This document shows, piece after piece, positions 1-11,300 of a stretch of DNA of 64,000 nt (within the stretch, counting starts at the first letter, position 1; each line of letters opens with the position of its first letter). The DNA is from Tubiluchus corallicola (lineage: Eukaryota > Animalia > Priapulida), in assembly GCA_030141605.1 (NCBI GenBank), contig JAQGDQ010000150.1:165978-229977 (forward strand). Reading direction: 5' to 3'. The position numbers and the translations under genes were made by a program. Under the pieces are notes generated by a model. That model searched no databases, had not been told where the DNA came from, and saw only the letters and a program-made list of their open reading frames with translations.

Positions 1-920
1 CCCCTTCATTAAACATAAACATCTTCGACTGCTACAATCACACGTTTATGGAAGATTTACATTTCATTTATTGATTGATGAACAGTGTAATAATGATAAA
101 AATTTAAACCTGTGGAGATAAATTGATAGGCAGTAATAAAAAAATTGAATAATTCAGTTTAAAACATATAACAGAATAATAGTTGAAAAGGAGTGAAAGG
201 TTTAAAGTAAAAAAATGTGAAAAGCCCTGGACAACTTATATATTTACCCACATATATGAAAGAACATTGAATTAAGGTATCTATTCTTAACGAGAATAGG
301 AAAAACACTGAACATGAGTGTTTAACTTTCTGACCTTTCAAATTGCGAAGTCCTTTATGATTTCTTCAACATCAAGTGATTCAGTATTTCTTTTTCAATA
401 GAAAGAATCAGTAAGATAGTGTGCCTATGATTGCTCATGGTTGAGCGAAGATAATTCTTTGTTAATTTCAACTTACAAAAACTCCACTCGCAGCTTACTG
501 CAGTAAAGAACTACGTTCAGTAATACCCAATAAGCATTTATAACTTCAGAATGCCTGGATCTTTAATATACTTTACGTTTCTTTTCAAAATATGTGATAA
601 GTTAGAAGGAAGCAGAAACTGAATCGCCATGCTACTTTGCTATTTCTAATTTTGCTTTCAAATGCTAGGAAACTATGAACATTTTTGTGTATTTTAATAA
701 CCAGGATTAACAAAGAAAATTTCTCCTTTCTTTGATACCTGTTCCTTTCATGCACTTTACTTGATATGGCAGCAAAAGTAGTCAATATATAGTAGCCATA
801 CTTCAGTATTTGAAAATAGAAAAAGACAGCTACTGGTTTGGAAATGAAAGTTATAATATTTCCAGTGCCATTGCTACAGAGTGAAGGATAGTGCTTTTGT
901 TATGATGCATTACATTTCAG

Positions 921-989
921 GTACAAACGAAAGTGAACAATGGTATTAACACAACTTCACCAAGGATGCTAAAAACAGAAGCAGACTAA
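921..989 (+). CDS. Possible terminal coding exon of an unidentified gene entering from the left edge
   Basis: Acceptor tacatttcag at 911-920. Phase 0 reads VQTKVNNGINTTSPRMLKTEAD* (TAA 987-989); phase 1 reads GTNESEQWY*. AATAAA at 1105-1110. No homology recognised. Confidence 0.3.
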   Translation, partial: VQTKVNNGINTTSPRMLKTEAD

Positions 990-1752
990 AGCCAAAATTT
1001 GATGATCGTGAACTGTTATTCTTTTGTGCAATTTTTTTTAAATTCTGAACTTGTATGTTTTGTCTTAAAAAAAATGTGCCAAGCAAATCTTATTGTCTAT
1101 AAAAAATAAATATCAAGATGTATTTAACAAACAAGATCAAGGTGTACTGTACAATAACGCTGATAAAGATGATACAGATATAACAAAAAAGCAATCCACT
1201 TGCAAATTCATGTAATGCTGAAACAACACCCTTATATCAATCATCCAGTAAATATTTACAATTACGTGGGGGTAGCAAATACTGATGGTTCCAAACTTCC
1301 AAGTTTACTGCTACTGTGCACATATTGTTAAGAAGATGGTTCCAATTTTTTAAAAATTGTCTAAATTGTAGTTTTGTTACTTCAAATTTTTACCCAGAAG
1401 TGTTGATTTTGTGATTTGCATCTAATAAACTTTTTGCAAATTTGATAACATATTGCTTTATTAGCTAGCACCACTGCAGAAAGTTTCTACATCCATAATT
1501 ATAGATTTGATCACTCAAATTATCAACTTTGAGATTGAAACTAGCTGTGCATCACTGTTGATGGTCAACATGTCTGACTAATAATTACAAATTGTGTAGG
1601 TACAATGACATTAACTAAAAATCTATTTGGTTGTTTTCTAGAATAATTCACTTAAATAAATTAGAATAGTACTGCGTCAAGTTAGACAGATGTCTTTTAT
1701 AATACTCTGAAAAAAATAGCTAATTTCCAGATTTACAGACACAAGTTCAAAA

Positions 1753-4700
1753 CTATAAATAACTCTGCTGAGTCTTTTCCCACAACACATTTTCATCCTC
1801 ATCAGCTTCATAATCTTCTGTTAACAGATTCTTCATTTCTTGTTGTAATGTGTTTCTTTTAGAGGGCTGGGCATCTTCTGTAATACAAATTTTTTTAGGA
1901 CACGTAACCTAAGTGTGAGCAGCTTTGTTCAAACAATTAGCAACATGCAGCAGCAGCAACAGCAGCAGTAGTATTTTATTGACAATAATAACATTACAAA
2001 ATTTAAGGTAATAACATTACAAAAATTAACGCAGAGTTAGAAAAAAATGAATGTTAACAACAAATAACAATGCAGCGAGTTCATCGTAAATTTTCAAAAT
2101 TGCTGACAAGAAGTTACCACAAAATTAAGGCTTTAAATCAAATAGTTCTTGCACTCTGTTTAAATACAGATCATACTTTTCTCCAATTGGCTCAGATAAT
2201 CTATAATGTACAATAACATGCGACTCGTCTTGAACAGAGACATTAGATCACACCTGCATACACTGTTATCATGAGGAATGGATGGCCTGACCCATCTACC
2301 AATCTGACAAGACGACAGCATAAACCTACTAAAACTTATTCGTAGAGATCAGGGATATCAGACAAATAAATTGCATGTCGTACTAACGCAGGGTGGAGGA
2401 CTACATAGCAAGAATACCGACTTTTGTTTACACTTTTAGCCCGAATATTATCTACAATGTTGTCAGGAATGTAGTAACACTTACGAAAAGAATTAAATGC
2501 ACGAGAGTGACAGACAAGATGAATTATTAATTAATTGCCAAGCTAACATTAGGGGTTCATTAAACTTAAGATCACTTAGCTTTTTATCTAGGAAATATTT
2601 ATGTCTTTTCAAAATTAAGTCTCTGACATTAGCCGTGTCTGCTTCTACAAGACGGATCATTAGTGCGGAGAGTTTTACTCCGAGCAATGTCTTGACCATT
2701 TTATTATATAAACATTCAAGACCTTCAAAATTGCATATGTAATTGCACTAGAAATATACAAGCTTCAGCGACTTTATGCTTCAAACAAAAGGGCATATTA
2801 TAGTTGCCATTTACAAAGGTCACATACTTCAACATATGCTTCGTTTTGTCTTTAACATAAGCTTTCATGACAGAACTCATTTTACCATTGTCAGTAATAG
2901 GGGATCCAAGATACCAATATACTTTAGTATACTTCACTAAAAAATCATCAGTTACAATATTCTCTTTATCTACCTGAATACAATTAATAACCATAAATTG
3001 AGTTTTAATATTGTTCACTGTCACACCGAAGTCATTACAAAAGTTTAACAAAATCCCTAATTTTTCATCAGAAGCTTCCATACTTGTAGCAGTCAAAGCC
3101 GTATCGTCCATTAGTGACAGACTATGATAATTATGAAGAAAATTATCTGAGCCATACTTACAAATCACGGTCAATGTAAAACACAAACAACAAACATGGG
3201 AGTGCCTTGTTTTAATGCCCATGGAAGTATTTATAATAACAGTTTAAACAGAAAACGATTACAGCTGTACATGGCACGAATAATTAACAAATACCTTTGA
3301 CCTGCATTCTTTAACATTAACAATAATTTTGACCGCAGTACCCTGTCATAAGCCTGACAGAAATTTGGTAACAATATCCATAACTTCACATAATTTGCTT
3401 TAGTATATTCAGTTATCAGACGTAACGGCGTGGTTTGTTGAAGACACCTGCTGCCTGGCTACCCCTGGCCTGTTCTGTTTCGGGCTTGTACCAGACACAG
3501 AAACGTTTGGTCAAAATTAAATCAAAAATTTTACTCAGGCTACTCATTATCATTATCTCCCCTGTAACTGGCACACAGTTTGCGTGATCCCATTTGAAAA
3601 GAACAACTTAGATAAACACCACTGTGCGGAACATTTAACCATCATAAAAATGGCATTGAACAAGTTGACAATTAAAACACCCATATGGGAGGAAGCAAAC
3701 AAAATACACCTGACAAGTTACCTTCGCATCCTGCCGCTTTATGTTGCTTAATTTCATGCAGTGCTTCCGCAAATTCAGGATCAGAAATATTGTCATCTAA
3801 CACAGGTAACAAATGGTGAATTTGAAATTCTCAAGCGGTTCAGTAGGACGATTTAGCAAATTTACAAAATGAACACGAAATGCCTCGTTAAATGGTTCCT
3901 CCTCACTAACAGAGGACAATTGGTCATTCCAATCAGTAGTACACCATAAGTTTTTTGAGTCACTGCCAAAGTTATCAATAATATACTGTCACCAATGTAC
4001 CTGACCTCCTCAAATACAATTTAACATTGAATTTACTGTCTTAGAAATTTTGACAGATTCATACACTGTATCATTTATATAGGCTACAAAGTTGTCCAAA
4101 TTTTGTACAGAAAATTGAGTATTAAGACCAAGGCTTAGGGTCCAGTAACTGTCTTGTAAATTTTGAAACGTCAACATCACTGTATCTTATTGGTGCTTTA
4201 TCACAAGAAATAGGCTACACTGAAATAGCTGGTATACCTAAACTTGAGGCATTTGCCCAACCTGTTCTAAATTTATCTTTCGAATAGGCTTTCATAAATA
4301 CAAAATCTTACTGGAGCCTGATCAGAACGAAAAACATTACTGTCAAATCTTGTGATGGACTGTCAACAAAGAACAAACTGCTTGCTACATAGTATGTGGT
4401 CGATTTCGGAAATGAAAGTGTTGTGCCTTTTAAAAGTCAAACCAGTTCTGAACACTTTACCATAAGCAATTAAGAACGAGTCCGCGAGAGCACCATGCAG
4501 GGGGTGGCACATGAGGGGTGACGAATTTATATCATTTTTTTCTAACATGAAGGGCGACCCCCAAAACCATGTAACCAAGATATCAAATCGTTCGGGCTAC
4601 TATTGGCAGAGAAATGACCACATCAAGAAATTGACCTCAAAGAGGCAAAAAATCGCTATTTCGGGTGGTTATTTTAACTTTTTCTCCTGTATAAACTATT

Positions 4701-7700
4701 ACACATGGGTCGATGTAAGTTGGCTGGTACATAGACCCAGACATTGTCTTCTGATATCCTAACTTTTTCTGACATACTATTAATAGTATCAGAGAACGGG
4801 ATTTTTCAAATTCGGCTCTTTGTTAAGAGTCCAGGGAGAGGTTAAGTTGTAAGGCTCATAACTCGCCCACTGCGGGGCTACAGAACTTCTGGTTTTCACG
4901 TATGTGTTAACCATCATCCTCACTAATAATATAAAAAAGAAAATTCGCTGGAGCCTGTTTCAGTATTTAGTACTGGCACTTTAAAATTTCACAAAAATCA
5001 GCAAAATTCGCCTTTTTTGTAGTTGCTGGATTATAAGTGACAAATCTGTATTCTAAATTTCATGAAAACGCACGAGCTGAGATAATATCATGAATGACAT
5101 TATACAGAGGGGCACTGTTAGAAAAAACTGCCTTATCAACACTCTTTTTTACTTTCCATAGTAATTCCGTCCATGTGTAAAAAGTAGACATACTCGGCTC
5201 AGGTCGTATAGGACAGTAAACATTTAGCCACGTTTAACCTGCATTTTCTGTGACTAGTGCTCTCATTTCCTAGTAGCAATAGATTCCTTTGCCATGGAAA
5301 TTGCTAGAAATTTGCGAATTTCATCTTAAATTGGTTTAGTTTTGTCGGAATTTTCATATGACTACAAGTATGAATAATTGCCTCTTCTGATGGATTTCTG
5401 GACAGGACATCATGCATGCCCCAGGTACTGAGTCCGACCTTGATTCAGGGCATTCTTTACACACTGAATCGCTAATGGATACCAGGAAAGACTAAACAAT
5501 AAGCCCTCTAATAGAAAAGAAGTACCGATTGTTAAGATTGAAAGTCATTGCTAGCGAAAGAATCTGACCACATTCGGTATATACATATAAAATAGAAATC
5601 CGTTCATTTTTATACATCCGTTCATTTTTTATACTTTTTATATGAATAAGTTTCATGGCTATACATAGAAGATTATGAATATCAGTACAAAAATGAAAAA
5701 TTACAAAACTCAGTCAGAATTAATTTCTCTAAGTCCAAAATACTGTTCATATTGTAGCAGCATAATCCTATCACTGAAGAGTAGTACATGTAATCAAAAC
5801 CATAATATCTAAATAATAGAGAAAGAATTATCGATGCAGGTAGATTATCCCTAGAAGATAGATACAGAAATATAGACAAATATATCATGGGGAAAGTGAT
5901 AAAGCGAAAATCTTACAGTCTAAACATGAGACAATATAAGCGTATGGGCCGCTTCTGGGGGGATAGTGGTGATATTTAGCTCAGAAAATTTTTCTTCGGG
6001 GGAATGTTTTGGGCATTTGCTCAGATTTAGGACAATTTTTTTTGTGTCCTGGCTTGTACGCCTATGTAAGACAATGAGTAATAACTAGGTAATAACAGTA
6101 GATAAAACATTTTCCAGTCCTTGCAAGAAGCAATTTCCATTCCGTAGATATTTCATTTTTTTTAAGCTTGGAAGCGCTCTAAATGCAGTCCAGTGTCTTT
6201 AGTACAGGCTAATAGATTCACAATATTCGTTTCGTGCGGATAACTAGTCACAATGCCACATTTAACGCTGGTAAACAGCCCAGAAAACAAACATTTTAGT
6301 TCAGCAGTGGCCGCCATCTTGAATGCTGGAGTCCAATCCTGTCGGTAGTTTAACCAATGTGCTGGCCAGGCCCCTAGTTGCCAAAGATAAATATTTATGA
6401 CGTTTTGAAGTATTTTGACAAGATTTGACAACTCATGTTTATCTACACGAAGCTTTTTGATGAACGTTGTTACCTATATTTTCACCCTGATATATGCCTT
6501 TTTCAGGGGTCATTTACAATAGGGTGGAAATTCGCTCTATGGAAAACGAACATTTTAGTTCAGCAGTGGCCGCCATCTTGAATGCTGGAGTCCAATCCTG
6601 TCGGTAGTTTAACCAATGTGCTGGCCAGGCCCCTAGTTGCCAAAGATAAATATTTATGACGTTTTGAAGTATTTTGACAAGATTTGACAACTCATGTTTA
6701 TCTACACGAAGCTTTTTGATGAACGTTGTTACCTATATTTTCACCCTGATATATGCCTCTTTCAGGGGTCATTTACAATAGGGTGGAAATTCGCTCTATC
6801 GAAATTGTCACTGCAGCATAGTGGGATGGGACACTCTGTTCACATACATATCGATATTTTTGTCCCCGCCCCCGCAGTGGGTGAGATATAAGACTTTGAA
6901 ATGACTGAGTATTTGCATCTTGTGCGTAATGCGAGCTTAAAGACTCCCCAGTAGAGCTGAAAGAGAGGGGTTTGGGAAAAAAGTCGAAAAGTCATTTTGG
7001 AGAAGATAACAAGACCCAATACTGTGCAGAGTCAGATCTATTCAAACTCAGTGGTTGCTGCATGGTTAATCCTTCAAATATGAGTAAAATATAGAGAAAA
7101 ATAGTCATTTTTTCATGAAATTCGGCCTATGCCGTACTTCTGCTACTATGAGGAGTTGGGCTAAGCGGATTCACATAGTGAATACCAGTGACTAGTGGAC
7201 CTCATACCCAAACTTTGGTCTGAATCGGTTTACCTAACCTTGTGCCGGAATTTTTCGATTTTGCATGGTCTTCTCGTGGACGCGTTCTTAAATTGTTAAC
7301 AATTAACAATCATTATCAGCTGCTATATCTTTTAGAATTCTACCTGAAGTATTTGAAGTCTGGTCATCACTTGCTACATAGAACACATTTCATTACGAAG
7401 ACAAAGAAGCGTAATCACCGATGTCGGCGTTTAAATCCCCACCTAGCACGATGTCTTTGCTGCTATACACACGTATGTTTCTCTCGTAATTTTGCAAACA
7501 AGTTGTTGTCATAATAACATTAATCTACTGCAGGGAATATATGAAAAACCAAATGCAATGTTTGGATAACAGGAAAATTCTATCCAGATGGATTGGGTAG
7601 TACACAAAGTATTTTTCCAAAGAGTCTGTTATTGTCTGTTTTCTCAGAGTGAAATTTTATTGCTGCAAGTTTCCTCCGAGTTTAGTTTCATTGAATGATA

Positions 7701-8303
7701 TTCAATACTCAAGCTTTCAGTAGATTCACTTTGGTATCAGTATTGAAATATTGCTATGAAAAATACATATTACAACTTGCCTTTGGAATGTATAGCTTTC
7801 AAAATGACATGTAATGTTATGCCTGAAAGTGAGACAACTAATCCAACTGCATTTAGGAAGTTCATCTTGTCACTACCCACTGTGTTTGCCAGCAGCAGGG
7901 TACAAATTTCCTAAAAATAATAAGCATACTCTTAATAATCAGTGAATTGAATTATTCAGTGAATTATAATGGCCAAAGTAACATCCTTTTTGATATACAT
8001 CAATGATGCATGATGTATGTATGTACACAAAAGTGCATGTTAAATGTAAGTACCATCCTTACATGTTACTATATCACATATATAGACCTTAAGCTAACAC
8101 CACAAGCACAATCATGAAAAAACCCTGTAGTCTATTTAAATGTAACAAACTATTCTTAAGGAATTAAAAAAACAAATAATATGCCAGTCAAAGAAATGAA
8201 AGAATAAAGCCGCCTGCCAACTTACAACTATGTATCACTCAGTCGCAGATAAAACATGGGAATCTGGGAATCTTAGCTGGTACTTTCAGCTGGATGAAAC
8301 TTG

Positions 8304-8338
<35 letters not shown>

Positions 8339-11300
8339 AACAACAACATAACATAAAATATAATTAATCTTTAACAATCTGTAATTGCTCTATCTTAAAT
8401 TACTCTTGGATTCTACAGTAATACTTCAAAACTAATTTTGCTAGTTTACAAATAACACATCTGAAATTTATTTGTACGCAGCTTTCAAACTGTTGATTCG
8501 TATTCAGTATTTCAAATTAGTAGAATAATAGTGTGGTTGATTATATCTATCAGCTACACAATCTTTGCACTTTTAGTTGCAGAATTATGGGTGTTGAAAT
8601 TTTTGTAACTAATACTGGCAATCCTCAGAAGTTAGCTGTTACAAAATAGTCCATAAACTAACATAACAAACCATTAACCATGTTCGATTAACATCTGCTG
8701 ATGAGTAAACTGCATCTTCGAAACATTATGATGAGTTGGTCACGAGTTTATATGAGATGATACCGATAAAGAATCATCTATTATTGTGTCCAACTTTCTA
8801 ACTGTATTCGATCTATCGTATATTTATAAATGAACAAAGGAAGTTCAGTCAGTATAACTTACTTTCATAATACCAGCTATTGAAAGGGTTAAACTGGAAG
8901 TTCTGCTCAGCAGTAGATATTCACTCACTTCCATTAGAAAAGCTAACAAACCACCAATGAATGTTAACCCGGCATTTCCTAAGGCTATATAAATATTGTG
9001 TTCTCGAAAGAGTTTATTTGTGGAAGCGACAGCCACACCTGAAAAGTTAGTAATGAACACTATATACACGCACAGACATGTAGCATGTAAAACAAACAAA
9101 ATGGAAAATGTTAAATTCAAAAATATTAAAAGTAAAAAAGTTAAATTAATATAAAACATGGTGTCTCAGATGACCAGTGTCTTTTTACACATTAACACCC
9201 AGTTAAAGACTTAGTTGTACAGGGCCCCTATTCACAACATCAGCACAAATGTACAGCATCCAGTGAGTTGTGAAACAACTCATGCATCCCGGTATTGTGC
9301 TCATAATACAGTTGGTAAACTCTGCTGCTTCTTATTTTACAACCTACTTATCTCTTGCACCCAGCCACAAACTGGAAAAAGAACAAGTTACTCAAAGAGG
9401 ACAACAAAAAACGGCAGAGTAAAATTTGACTTTGGACATTCAGATTACAATCACTGAACATTTGCTCCTTTGTCAATTATTTTCGAATTCTTGAGTTTGA
9501 AGGCGCACGTTGGCTGCTTTAAAATGTGAGTTACATGGCATTGCCAGGATAAACCGTAAATCAGTAGCAAGATACATAATTTTTACAGTGAGGCTGAATT
9601 AAACAGCATTTTGTTTTGTACAGAAATGTAAATGGTGTGCTGCACTGTCAGACTAAGCACAAATCACAAAAAAATCTAGAAAAATGCAGGACAGCTAAAC
9701 TGACAGAGCCAGTTCCTCGTGAAACAAAAATCAAAGCCAACATCGATCAAAGGTCAAATCAAGTTTGAAAATGCTAGATAAGTTAAGATAACTAAAGTTA
9801 TTTACTATATTATATGTTTAAGTTGAATATGCATAAAAATCATAATGTAAAATAAAAGTCACTAAAACTCCAAGACATTGTCTAGGACTGAACCAGGCGC
9901 CCTTGCATTGTAAGATAGAGATCCTTATCCTGGAATTGAACTTGTAATCAAAAGGTTCTTGGTTTAATGCTGTCACGTTACATTTTTTGCAGATTATCTT
10001 TGGCAAGATGAACTTTCAGACAAGTCTAAATATTTGGCATTAATTTGTCGAATAAAAAGAGTTACAAGTAGCCCCAGCCTATTATATTAAATTATGTGAA
10101 AGTACTACAATTTGTGAAAATAAGTTCTCTAATATTCTTTCTAGATTTGAACCACTTTTTGTAATAAAAAATTCAAAACGTACATTATAAGAACGTACCT
10201 TCGAATATAACTGCAGTAGGTAATAAAGTAATTATCATCCAAGGCTGAACATGATAAACCATGTCCACTGGATTGTTTAGACCTAAAATGCAGCACAGAA
10301 CAACATTAGTCAGTTTTGCTGTTTTCTGCAACTCTTTTAGTGGTGATTTTTATAGCCAAACTGAGATTCTGTAGTGACTTAACTAATCGTTTTTTAAAGC
10401 AGCCAATAATAACAAAAATTAACAAGCAGGCTTCAAACAAAAATGGCAGCAAGGTACAAGAAATGTAAAACTTCCTTATTACACAGTAATGCAGTAGTGG
10501 AATGGACTTTTTTAAAATGCATTGACAAGGAACAAACATGTCAGAACTATTCTATCCTCCAATTCTGTCATTGGACATGAACAACAGTTTCAAACTGTTT
10601 TTTTAAAACAGAAGAAATTATGTATAACAAATAAAATCAATTTGACATGGCAAACCAAAAGGGATCATCCACATATGATGGCATCAAATGTTCACCTGAT
10701 TTCGAGGACCTACATATTGCATTATAATGGCGTTATCATATGCCCCACCACCTACCTAACCCTTATATTGATATCGATATTGCACCGAATTAGCTTTTTG
10801 TACATTTTATTCTTCCTCCTCCCAAGGACAGGCAACAACATCACTTGTGATAATTAATGGGAAACTTGTAGCATCGTTTGCTGCTGGCACGCACATGCAA
10901 AAAAAGCGTGTAGTCAGATAACAATATACTAAATCACCAACCTACCTTGCGTTATAATGGTGTTATCACATCTCCTACCAACTACCCTAAACTTTATATC
11001 GTTATATAAGAGTGGCCCCTAAAGATATGCTTAATTTCAACAAGATGCTTTTGCCAAACCAGCACAATGCTACAGTACATGTAGTAGAAATGCATTGTGT
11101 TGCTTGTATAAAGGTCAATTATTGTACACAAGTTCTAAATAGTAAGGTAAAGAATCAGACAAGGTGGAAAATGTGGTATTGTTTATGCACTTGTCTATCA
11201 ATAAACAACAAAAAAAAACTTCAAATGCAGAGCATGCAAATAGCATGGTACTAGTGATATGTAACTAGGAAAATTTTTAGGTCGGATATCTACAAGTCAG

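Larger units (their letters stand above)
4474..7287. mobile_element. Non-autonomous Kolobok-like DNA transposon (2814 bp) with TTAA target-site duplication
   Basis: TIRs GAACGAGTCCGCGAGAGCACCATGCA and (reverse complement) GAACGCGTCCACGAGAAGACCATGCA match at 22/26. TTAA at 4470-4473 and 7288-7291. RR...YY termini fit Kolobok rather than piggyBac (CCY). Removing the element rejoins the LINE frame LLIVNNL|IAYGKVF. No transposase ORF. Confidence 0.8.
1948..7740 (-). mobile_element. Decayed LINE (APE endonuclease + RT ORF2), interrupted by a TTAA-flanked DNA transposon
   Basis: Minus-strand fragments: NETKL (about 7690), DIVLGGDLNAD (about 7440), TFKRHNTFISEIDHILCS (4380-4440), RT motif LMDDTALTATS and KTQFMVIN...YWYLGSPI (ORF 2725-3222), and LLGVK (2493-2699). 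The 3' end has AATAAA followed by a (TAC/TGC)n tail at about 1948-1980. Many stops and frameshifts. Confidence 0.85.

Noticed and set aside
8679-8727. Hammerhead-ribozyme-like CTGATGA...CGAAAC with a possible upstream GTT site
   Set aside because: Stem II has only one plausible pair and stems I and III are short or imperfect. At best it is a dead relic.
9860-9985. tRNA gene(s) on the minus strand
   Set aside because: Only two degenerate B-box-like motifs and no cloverleaf; probably SINE debris.
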